Assembly: GCA_963557735.1 (NCBI GenBank)
Contig: CAUWEA010000005.1
Span: 593-64,592 of the forward strand
From: an uncultured Faecalimonas sp.
GTDB lineage: Bacteria; Bacillota; Clostridia; Lachnospirales; Lachnospiraceae
Direction of reading: 5' to 3'
Length of the DNA stretch: 64,000 nucleotides
Position numbers and translations under genes: made by a program. Below, in pieces: positions 8,886 through 16,798 of this stretch. Every line of letters begins with the position of its first letter. The stretch's first letter is position 1. The notes beneath the pieces were generated by a model. It was not told where the DNA came from. It did no database searches and worked only from the letters and a program-made list of their open reading frames with translations.

Positions 8886-10748
8886 CTATCTGTTACCTGC
8901 TGCCGGATGAACCGGCTTTCCATTTGCAAAGAAGCGGTCATACCAGAGCAGGAAAATATAGACTGTCCATATTTTTCTGCTGTTGTCAAACTTACCTGCA
9001 CGGTGCTCTTCCAGAAGCTTCTTCAGATACCCTGTATCAAAGAACTGTTCGGCTTCTTTTGTCTCAAACATCTCCAGGACACGGTTATAATATCTCTCTT
9101 CCTTCAGCCAGACACGGATCGGAATTGGAAATCCTAATTTCTTCTTCTCCGCTGTATAGCTTCGGATCTCCCGGTCTGCCGCCGCCCGGAGTGCGATCTT
9201 TGTGCGAGGTGCATCGATCTTATACTTCTGCGGAAGGCTCTGTGCAACCTTCATCACTTCTTTGTCGAGAAATGGAACTCTTACTTCCAGCGAATTCGCC
9301 ATTCCCATCTTGTCGCCCTTCATCAGGATGTCATGTACAAGCCACAGATGCATATCCAGATACTGCATTTTCGTCACCGGATCTTTGTCCTTTACCCGCT
9401 CATAGATCGGCGCTGTCACTTTCATTGTATCCGGTCTTCTGCTGTTTTTCAACAGTCTTCCCGCTTCTTTCTCTGTGAAAATATATGCATTTCCAATATA
9501 TCTTTCTTCCAGTGTCTTCGAATGGCGGATCAAAAAGCTTCTCCCTTTCATACCGCGCGGAAGACAGTTCTCTGCAAACAGTCCGAGCGCCCTGCGGATC
9601 GGCTGCGGAATCTTATTGAATCCGGTATACTCGATCGGCTCACAGTAAATCTGGTATCCGCCAAACAACTCATCCGATCCTTCCCCGGACAGCACGACCT
9701 TCACCTTTTTTGCCGCCTCTTTGCTCAGAAAATACAGTGCGATCGCAGCAGGATCTGCGACCGGCTCATCCATGTAATACTGGATATCGGAAAGGCTGTC
9801 CCAGTATTCCTCCGGCTCGATGATCTTACTGTCATTTTTCACACCGATACTCTCGGCGAACTCTTTCGCATCTTTGATCTCGCTGTATTTCTCCTGCCCG
9901 AATCCAACTGTAAATGTCCGGTCTACCTCTCCTAAATATGCCATATAACTGGAATCCACTCCGCTTGAAAGATAAGATCCTACTTCCACATCACTGATCT
10001 TATGCATTTTGACAGACTCTCTCATCACGCGTTCTACGTCATCAACGACTTCTTCAAACGGCTTGTCCGTCTTTCCGTGGAAATCCGGCTCATAGTAACG
10101 TCTGATCTCAAGCGTTTCCTTTTGATAGGTAAAATAATGTCCCGGCTGGAGACAGAACACCCCTTTAAAAAATGTCTCATTTGTCGGCACAAACTGAAAT
10201 GATAAATAATCTGCAAGCGCATCCTCGTTGAATACTTTATCAAACTTCGGATGCTCCACGAACGATTTGATTTCCGATCCAAATAAAAACGTACCGTTCA
10301 TCTGCGCGTAGTAAAACGGCTTGATCCCGAAAATATCACGCGCACCAAAAAGTTTCTTTTCCGTTCTGTCCCAGATCACAAATCCATACATTCCGCGCAG
10401 ACGGTCTACAAGCTGTTCTCCCCATTCCTCATACCCATGCAGCAGAGTCTCCGAATCTGTATGTGTCACAAATGTGTGTCCGGCAGCGATCAGTTCCTCC
10501 CGAAGTTCCTGATAATTATAGATCTCCCCGTTAAATACAAGCACCTTCGTCCAGTCTTCATTGTAGAGAGGCTGATCCCCTGACTCAGAAATATCGATGA
10601 TGCTCAGTCTGCGGAACCCAAGTGCCGCATCGTCATCAAGAAACTGTCCGGCGCTGTCCGGTCCACGGTGCACGATCGTATTCATCATATTTTCAAGCAC
10701 CTGTTCTTTATTGTCGACCTTCCCGACAAATCCTATAAATCCACACAT
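8886..10748 (-). CDS. asnB: Glutamine-hydrolysing asparagine synthase family amidotransferase
   Basis: Ntn-hydrolase start MCGFIG (ATG 10748, RBS AAGGAG); HRGPD, FNGEIYN, LSSGVDSS, LSGEGSDELFGGY and EVRVPFLD motifs. Confidence 0.93.
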   Translation of the reverse strand: MCGFIGFVGKVDNKEQVLENMMNTIVHRGPDSAGQFLDDDAALGFRRLSIIDISESGDQPLYNEDWTKVLVFNGEIYNYQELREELIAAGHTFVTHTDSETLLHGYEEWGEQLVDRLRGMYGFVIWDRTEKKLFGARDIFGIKPFYYAQMNGTFLFGSEIKSFVEHPKFDKVFNEDALADYLSFQFVPTNETFFKGVFCLQPGHYFTYQKETLEIRRYYEPDFHGKTDKPFEEVVDDVERVMRESVKMHKISDVEVGSYLSSGVDSSYMAYLGEVDRTFTVGFGQEKYSEIKDAKEFAESIGVKNDSKIIEPEEYWDSLSDIQYYMDEPVADPAAIALYFLSKEAAKKVKVVLSGEGSDELFGGYQIYCEPIEYTGFNKIPQPIRRALGLFAENCLPRGMKGRSFLIRHSKTLEERYIGNAYIFTEKEAGRLLKNSRRPDTMKVTAPIYERVKDKDPVTKMQYLDMHLWLVHDILMKGDKMGMANSLEVRVPFLDKEVMKVAQSLPQKYKIDAPRTKIALRAAADREIRSYTAEKKKLGFPIPIRVWLKEERYYNRVLEMFETKEAEQFFDTGYLKKLLEEHRAGKFDNSRKIWTVYIFLLWYDRFFANGKPVHPAAGNR

Positions 10749-10790
10749 AATTATACTCTCCTTTTGTTCTGTTTCCAATCATACTTTTTT

Positions 10791-10819
10791 ATTATACCCT
10801 CCCTCCACACCGATTGCAA
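10791..10819 (-). promoter_or_regulatory. Putative sigmaA promoter for asnB and the SEDS gene
   Basis: Minus strand TTGCAA-N17-TATAAT. Confidence 0.65.
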
Positions 10820-10866
10820 TTTTTTTATTCTGTTTCTGTCACTACTGACAGTTTCTCCGCATACGC

Positions 10867-10895
10867 GCACGATTTTTCTGTGAAAACATAGAATA
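10867..10895 (+). promoter_or_regulatory. Putative mother-cell (sigmaK-type) promoter for cotJABC
   Basis: gcAC-N16-CATAGAATA matches the sigmaK consensus AC-N16-CATAnnnTA. Confidence 0.55.
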
Positions 10896-10927
10896 ATATC
10901 AGATAGAACAAGAAAGGAAGACTGGAT

Positions 10928-11191
10928 ATGCAGAATTATCATCCGAATAATTGCAGCTGCCGGCAGACACCGGAAGATGGAAGATACTCTTCCACACAGT
11001 ACGTTTCCCGCCCGCAGGCAACTCCATGCTGTGACAGAGAAGACAGTCTGGACGGCATGCCACTTGCGATGGCTTACGTTCCATGGCAGACCTGGCAGCG
11101 TATTTACGATGCCGAAAAAGGATTTTGCCGGGGAACGATCTTTGAAGAACTCGACAAACCATTTCATGGGATGGGAGGTTGTAATCGATGA
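10928..11191 (+). CDS. cotJA: Spore coat protein CotJA
   Basis: LAMAYVPWQ...GTIFEELDKPF motif; overlaps cotJB by 4 bp. Confidence 0.9.
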   Translation: MQNYHPNNCSCRQTPEDGRYSSTQYVSRPQATPCCDREDSLDGMPLAMAYVPWQTWQRIYDAEKGFCRGTIFEELDKPFHGMGGCNR

Positions 11192-11460
11192 CAAACAGTG
11201 CACCTTGCCGCAAAGATCTTCTCTGCCTGATCAACCGGGTAAGCTTCGCCGTCGATGACGTCAGGCTCTTCCTCGACACACATCCGTGTGATGCCAACGC
11301 ACTCGCTTATTTCCACGAGTACAGCAAACTTCGCAACCAGGCGCTCAAAGAATATGCAAAATATTACGGACCACTGACGGTCGACACGACCATGACCTCC
11401 TGCACAGACAGATGGAACTGGATCAACGAGCCATGGCCATGGCAGGAAGGAGGATGTTAA
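11188..11460 (+). CDS. cotJB: Spore coat protein CotJB
   Basis: LFLDTHP, YGPLT and W.WINEPWPWQ motifs. Confidence 0.92.
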   Translation: MTNSAPCRKDLLCLINRVSFAVDDVRLFLDTHPCDANALAYFHEYSKLRNQALKEYAKYYGPLTVDTTMTSCTDRWNWINEPWPWQEGGC

Positions 11461-11463
11461 TCG

Positions 11464-12087
11464 ATGTGGAATTATGAAAAAAGATTACAGTATCCCGTAA
11501 AGATCACACAGACCAACCCGAAGATCGCCCAGGTGATTTTGAGTCAATTTGGCGGTCCTGACGGCGAATTGGCCGCTTCTATGCGCTATCTCTCCCAGAG
11601 ATATACGATGCCGTACCGGGAAGTGATCGCAACGTTGACGGACATCGGCAGCGAAGAATTAAATCACATGGAGATTGTCTGCTCCATTGTTCACCAGCTG
11701 ACCCGCAACCTCTCACCGGAAGAGATTGAAAAATCCGGCTTTGACAAATATTATGTCGACCATACACTCGCACTCTGGCCACAGTCAGCTGGCGGAGCTC
11801 CATGGACAGCGACTTACTTCCAGTCAAAAGGCGATCCGATCACGGACCTCCATGAAGACATGGCTGCCGAACAGAAAGCACGCACCACTTACGACAATAT
11901 CCTGAGACTTGTCAAAGATCCGGAAGTCTGTGATCCGATCCGCTTCCTCCGTAAGCGGGAGATCGTCCACTACCAGCGCTTCGGTGAAAGTCTTCGGATC
12001 GTCCAGGATCATCTGGACAGCAAGAATTTCTACGCTTTCAACCCGGAATTTGACCTGAAATCCTGTTTTAAATGTGACACCAAATAG
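11464..12087 (+). CDS. cotJC: Manganese catalase family spore coat protein CotJC
   Basis: MWNYEKRLQYPV, QFGGPDGELAAS, DIGSEELNH and AAEQKAR motifs. Confidence 0.93.
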   Translation: MWNYEKRLQYPVKITQTNPKIAQVILSQFGGPDGELAASMRYLSQRYTMPYREVIATLTDIGSEELNHMEIVCSIVHQLTRNLSPEEIEKSGFDKYYVDHTLALWPQSAGGAPWTATYFQSKGDPITDLHEDMAAEQKARTTYDNILRLVKDPEVCDPIRFLRKREIVHYQRFGESLRIVQDHLDSKNFYAFNPEFDLKSCFKCDTK

Positions 12088-12146
12088 ATGTGATACCAAA
12101 TGAGATTTCTCCTGATTTAAAACATCTCTTCCCCTGCTAGATCTAA

Positions 12147-12207
12147 AAAGAGCATTCCGCAGGAATGTTGTGTACAGATACACTGCACTTCTCCCGGAAT
12201 GCTCTTT
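12147..12207. terminator. Inverted repeat between convergent cotJC and htrA (likely bidirectional terminator)
   Basis: aaagagcattccg (12147-12159) pairs with cggaatgctcttt (12195-12207); 35-nt loop. Confidence 0.65.
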
Positions 12208-12241
12208 CCTTCTTGGTTATTTATCTGTTTCTGGTCTTTCT

Positions 12242-13579
12242 TTATCTTCCAGGCATTCTTGTTTCTTCCTGTTTTTCGCTCAGAACAACTTCTACTTCTT
12301 TTTCTTCATAAGATCCATCTTTTCCTGGTACTTCCACGGTTAATGTCACAGTCTCTCCGACACGATAGTAGGAAAGTAAATTCTGTAAGGTTGCCATACT
12401 GTCTACACTGCTTCCATCAAGTTCTGTGATCACTCCTCCGCGCACAAGACCAGCTTTCTCAGCACCGGTTCCTTTGATGACGTCTCTGATATAAACTCCG
12501 GTCGGCATACCATATAATTCAGCGCTTTCCGCCTCAACGTTTGTGATCTCAACACCCAGAAATCCTCGTTCCTCTTCCGGCACCTGTTCTCTTGTCTCTT
12601 TGTTCATCAGTGTTGTGATCGTCTCATTTGCATCAGAGATCGGAATTGCGTATCCCATTCCTTCTACTGCATCACTGCTTACTTTCGCTGTATTGATACC
12701 GATCACTTCCCCATTTGCATTGACAAGGGCTCCACCACTGTTTCCTGGATTGATCGCAGCATCTGTCTGGATCAGATCTGCATCAAATCCTTCCATATCG
12801 ATCTGTCTGTTCAGCGCGCTGACAATTCCGGTTGTGACAGACTGTCCGTATCCAAGCGCATTTCCGATTGCGATCGCAGGCTCACCAACCTGAAGTTTCG
12901 TGGAATCTCCCAGTGTTGCTACTTTGATCTCATCCATTGTTTCCTCTTCGACATTTTCCAGCGGAACTGCGATGACTGCAAGGTCTTTGGATGCATCTGT
13001 CCCTTTGATCTTTGCCTCTGCGCTTGCTTCATTGATAAAGCTGACCGTCAGCGTAGTGCTTCCTTCTACAACATGATTGTTTGTAACGATCAAAAGTTCT
13101 GTATCATTCTGACCGATAATGATACCGGAACCACTGCTCTGTACTTCCTGGCTGCTCGTTCCTCCAAAGAAGCTCTGCACCTGCTGCACGCTCATATTTG
13201 TGATCGATACAACTGACGGCATCACACTGTCTACCACTTCTGATACGTCTGATGTCACTGTGCTTGACGTTCTCGTCAGAGAAGTGCTGTCCACCTTCTT
13301 ATCGGAAGATTTCTCACTCTTTACTTTCTCGCCGAAAATTGCATTTCCAACAAGGTTCGTTGTCTGGAACGCAGCGCTTGCGATCACTCCAAATGCCACC
13401 GCAAAGCAAAGTCCTCCGGCAATCTTTGCCACCTTTTTATGATCACGTGGTTTCTTTTCCTTTTTTCTGTGGGAAAAATCCGGATCCTGCTGACCAAAGT
13501 TCATATCCGGTCCTCCATTTCCCATTGTCTGATGTTGAAACTGATCGTTTGGTGTATTGTAATTATATTGATTGTCCAT
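12242..13579 (-). CDS. htrA: HtrA/DegP family serine protease with PDZ domain
   Basis: TM, TNNHVV, DLAV, QTDAAINPGNSGG and a C-terminal PDZ domain. ATG 13579 preferred. Confidence 0.95.
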   Translation of the reverse strand: MDNQYNYNTPNDQFQHQTMGNGGPDMNFGQQDPDFSHRKKEKKPRDHKKVAKIAGGLCFAVAFGVIASAAFQTTNLVGNAIFGEKVKSEKSSDKKVDSTSLTRTSSTVTSDVSEVVDSVMPSVVSITNMSVQQVQSFFGGTSSQEVQSSGSGIIIGQNDTELLIVTNNHVVEGSTTLTVSFINEASAEAKIKGTDASKDLAVIAVPLENVEEETMDEIKVATLGDSTKLQVGEPAIAIGNALGYGQSVTTGIVSALNRQIDMEGFDADLIQTDAAINPGNSGGALVNANGEVIGINTAKVSSDAVEGMGYAIPISDANETITTLMNKETREQVPEEERGFLGVEITNVEAESAELYGMPTGVYIRDVIKGTGAEKAGLVRGGVITELDGSSVDSMATLQNLLSYYRVGETVTLTVEVPGKDGSYEEKEVEVVLSEKQEETRMPGR

Positions 13580-13762
13580 AAACAAGTCTCCCTTCCTTTT
13601 TCATATTCTTTCGCTTTTCTGAGTCTTAGTATAAGCGATATTTGTGATAGAATTGTGTTCTCTTCGTTAAAAAAAAGTGTTTTTCCATACATACTTTCCA
13701 AAATCTTCTCACCGGCTCAAAAAATCCGAAGATCATTTTCTCAGCTGTTTACAGAAATAAAA

Positions 13763-13845
13763 AGCTGCTGCAGTTCAGGATGCAGAGAAAAAGTGTTCCC
13801 AATTCTGTTCTCACTTTTTCCGCAACCCTTTGTTCTGCAGCAGCT
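13763..13845 (-). terminator. Long nested hairpin ending the cohesin-gene transcript
   Basis: Outer arms agctgctgcag / ctgcagcagct, inner arms gaaaaagtg / cactttttc; followed by TTTTATTTC on the minus strand. Confidence 0.65.
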
Positions 13846-13895
13846 CATTCTGCTATCCTTTTGTCTTTCTGAAGTCAGGAGCTTACCTTTCTATC

Positions 13896-15125
13896 TTAGT
13901 CAAGATCTATGAAATCCATCGAGAAGGTTTTGGAACGGTCATCATCCTCATCCTCGTAGTCCTCTTCGTCAAAATCGTCTTCATAATCTTCTTCATAAAG
14001 ATCGTCTTCGTAGTCGTCTTCATAAAGATCTTCCTCCTCGTACGCCTCATCGTACTCGTCATCATCGTAATCCGCATCCTCGTAGTCGTCTTCCTCTCCC
14101 GGATCATCAAATTCTTCTTCCACTGCTTCCTGATGACGACGTTTTTTTCCTCTGAGAACCGGCCTGTCCTCGAATTCTTCCTCATCTTCCGGCATTCCGA
14201 ACATTTCCATTTCATCCAGTTCCCGGTTACGTCTGTGAAGCTTGACCGCAAGGATCAATACCATCAGAAGGAGAAATCCGACAATGGCTGTCACTCCGAT
14301 CACAGACTGCATCAGATGTCCTTCCAGAAAGTTCTTGATCTTTCCCTTTATCCCGGATGCATCTTCTTTCTCTGCCTCCGGTGCAATAAATCTCTGATAA
14401 GTTCCTTCCTTGGAATCATACTGGTACAACTGTTTTTCGCCTTCACTGTTCTCTGCATAGACGATATAGTACGAAGATTTATCTTCATCCTGCCATACCG
14501 GATATGTCTGTCCATTCAAAGTCAGTTCTGTGTCTACATAGTTGTCCGAGAGTTCCTGATCTGGTTTTTCCGTAAGGAGCGTGATCTTATATGTATCTGA
14601 GATCTCGATCATATCTCCCTTCGAACCTTCCTCCGGATCCTGCTCTGCTCCCTCTGCCGGTATCTGTTCTCCCTGAAGCGCTGTGATCGCGGAACTTCCT
14701 GCTTCAACTTCTGCAAGTTCTGTCCCCTCACTGGAGGTCACCTGATAAGATGCAACCTGGATAGACAGATCTCCCGCCTTTAATACTTTAAATTTCAGTG
14801 TTGTTCTCAGTTCTGCTGCTGTTCCGTCTCCTTTTCCGGTATAAATGAGTGTTCCTTTTTCACTCCCCTCAGTGACACCTTCGGCTCCCTCAAACTGCAG
14901 CGCACTGGCATCATAAGTCAGAGTAACACTCGCCTCTCCGATCGCACCTGCAGACGCGGCCACTGCAAATTTGACTTCCGCAGTGTCTCCGGTCTTCACA
15001 CTTCTTCCCGTTTCCTCTGTCAGATCAGAAAACATGATGCTTCCGTCTGCCGCCAGTGTCTGAAACGGCAGGAGCGCAGCCAGTGTAAGTGCTGCCAGAA
15101 CTGCTTTTACTTTTTTCATTTTCAT
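13896..15125 (-). CDS. Membrane-anchored cohesin-like domain protein with a D/E/Y-rich cytoplasmic tail (paralog B)
   Basis: Signal peptide (..TLA|AD), cohesin-like beta-sandwich (VTLTYDASALQF...LKFKVLKAG), one Y/Q-rich beta module, TM at about aa 273-296, acidic tail ending FIDLD. Confidence 0.8.
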   Translation of the reverse strand: MKMKKVKAVLAALTLAALLPFQTLAADGSIMFSDLTEETGRSVKTGDTAEVKFAVAASAGAIGEASVTLTYDASALQFEGAEGVTEGSEKGTLIYTGKGDGTAAELRTTLKFKVLKAGDLSIQVASYQVTSSEGTELAEVEAGSSAITALQGEQIPAEGAEQDPEEGSKGDMIEISDTYKITLLTEKPDQELSDNYVDTELTLNGQTYPVWQDEDKSSYYIVYAENSEGEKQLYQYDSKEGTYQRFIAPEAEKEDASGIKGKIKNFLEGHLMQSVIGVTAIVGFLLLMVLILAVKLHRRNRELDEMEMFGMPEDEEEFEDRPVLRGKKRRHQEAVEEEFDDPGEEDDYEDADYDDDEYDEAYEEEDLYEDDYEDDLYEEDYEDDFDEEDYEDEDDDRSKTFSMDFIDLD

Positions 15126-15171
15126 GATTTACACTCCCCTTTCATTGAAAACTTTATGCCTGCTTTCAGGA

Positions 15172-16797
15172 TCAGATCAGATCGATCCCTCTTCTTTTCC
15201 CACTTTTCTTATCGTAGAATCCTTCTTCTTCATCGATCATATTTTCATAGACATTTCGTTCCAGCTCATAGTCATCATCGTCATAATAGCCTACCAGATC
15301 TTCATATTCCTCTGATTCATAACGGATCTCATCATCCGATCCATCATAATCCTCTTCGTCATAATCCTCCTCGTAGTCATCTTCATAATCGTCTTCGTAA
15401 TCGTCCTCATAGTCATCGGACTCGTCGTAATCATCTCCGTAGTCGTCCTCGTAATCGTCGGACTCGTCGTAATCATCTTCATAGTCGTCCTCGTAATCGT
15501 CAGACTCGTCGTAATCATCTTCGTAGTCGTCCTCATAATCATCGGACTCGTCGTAATCATCTTCGTAATCATCGGACTCGCCATAATCGTTGGAAACAGC
15601 CCTTGCCTTTCTGCCAGACTTTGGATCCTCATCATATTCCTGATCGTAATAATCATCAAATTCTTCATTTCTATGACGGAGTTTGACTGCAAGTACTACG
15701 ATCACTAACAGCATAAGCAGGAAAATCCCCCAGGCTCCTATAATAATCTTCGGAAGATTTTCTTCCACAAATGCTGCAACTTTTCCTACAAGGGTATCAT
15801 CCTTCTCCTCTTTTTGTTCTGTCTGAGGCATATATCTCTGGTAAGTCTTCTGTGTGCTGTCATACTGGTACAGACCTTTTTTTCCTGCATTATCTACTGC
15901 ATATACAAGACAGAAATCCCTAAGTTTTGCATCGACTACATTCTGCCATGCCGGGAAAGTCTTTCCATTGATCTGGATCGTTGTCTCCTCATAATCTTCC
16001 GGAATATTAGCACTCTCTTTGTCGTCCGTGATCAGGATATAGGAATCTCCTGACAGGTCTACTTTCTCAAACTCTGAGAAATGATCAATATCGCTGTCAT
16101 ATAAAAACAGATTGCCCTCACCCTGCGTATCTGTAAGATAGATCATCTTCTGACCGCTGCCCGTATGGACCAGGATCGTATGCGGTGTCCCTTCATAGGT
16201 GATCTGGCTCTTCTCATATCCTTCCGGGATCAAAGCGTCCGGAATGTCATCTGTAATAAAGTACTGTGTTCCATCCAGCTCGATCATTGTCTGCGCCCCC
16301 GGCTGCGGTGCAGCAGCCGTCTGTGTTCCGTCTCCTGCCTCGATCTTGACTGCCGATGTGCCAAGTGTCAAGTTTAACGCTTCACCGCCAAACGTATATG
16401 CGGTATACCCTGCTGCCTGAAGCGTTGTCTCTCCTTCTGCCAGCGCCTTAAATGTCATACTGTACGCAAGTTCGGAATCCGTTCCGTTTCCCGATGCAGA
16501 AAGTGTAACAGTCCCATCTCCGCCCGTTGCATTTACTCCGCTTACAAATTCAAGATATGCCGGATCATATGTCACCTGCACCTGCCCGTCTCCGATCGGA
16601 CCCTCTGCCGTATTGATCTTCACCGTTACCTCTATCGTTTCCCCTGCTTTTGCAGTCGGATCTGAGAATGACAATGTGCCATCCGCCGCCAGTGCTGTCA
16701 ACGGCATACATTGGATTCCCAGAAATAATACCAGTAAAAATGCTGCTGTCTTCTTTGCTATCTTCATCCTCTTATCCTCTTTATCGTTCGTTTTCAT
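15172..16797 (-). CDS. Membrane-anchored cohesin-like domain protein with a tandem DDY-repeat tail (paralog A)
   Basis: Signal peptide (..ALA|AD), cohesin-like domain (VTYDPAYLEF...MTFKALAEG), two related beta modules, TM, acidic tail ending GIDLI. An alternative start at 16767 has a better RBS. Confidence 0.8.
   Translation of the reverse strand: MKTNDKEDKRMKIAKKTAAFLLVLFLGIQCMPLTALAADGTLSFSDPTAKAGETIEVTVKINTAEGPIGDGQVQVTYDPAYLEFVSGVNATGGDGTVTLSASGNGTDSELAYSMTFKALAEGETTLQAAGYTAYTFGGEALNLTLGTSAVKIEAGDGTQTAAAPQPGAQTMIELDGTQYFITDDIPDALIPEGYEKSQITYEGTPHTILVHTGSGQKMIYLTDTQGEGNLFLYDSDIDHFSEFEKVDLSGDSYILITDDKESANIPEDYEETTIQINGKTFPAWQNVVDAKLRDFCLVYAVDNAGKKGLYQYDSTQKTYQRYMPQTEQKEEKDDTLVGKVAAFVEENLPKIIIGAWGIFLLMLLVIVVLAVKLRHRNEEFDDYYDQEYDEDPKSGRKARAVSNDYGESDDYEDDYDESDDYEDDYEDDYDESDDYEDDYEDDYDESDDYEDDYGDDYDESDDYEDDYEDDYEDDYEEDYDEEDYDGSDDEIRYESEEYEDLVGYYDDDDYELERNVYENMIDEEEGFYDKKSGKRRGIDLI
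15418..15590 (-). repeat. Coding tandem repeat with a 42-bp unit (DDYDESDDYEDDYE), about 4 copies
   Basis: The anchor (g/a)gactcg recurs at 15418, 15460, 15502, 15544 and 15574 (spacing 42, 42, 42, 30); copies differ mostly at synonymous sites. Confidence 0.9.
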
Positions 16798-16798
16798 G

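Noticed and set aside
10836-10851. Short palindrome ctgtca-ctac-tgacag between the divergent asnB and cotJ promoters
   Set aside because: Only 6-bp arms; too weak to call an operator without conservation data.
15418-15590. Regularly spaced repeats as a CRISPR array
   Set aside because: Units are contiguous, in frame within a CDS, have no unique spacers, and no cas genes are present.
13830-15692. Long antisense or alternative-frame ORFs (13830-14600, 15156-15686, 15291-15692)
   Set aside because: They are shadows of stop-poor acidic repeat coding sequence, with no RBS or protein-like composition.
13896-16797. Cellulosome scaffoldin
   Set aside because: Only one cohesin-like domain per protein, no dockerins, CBM3 or glycoside hydrolases nearby, and the context is cell-wall synthesis.
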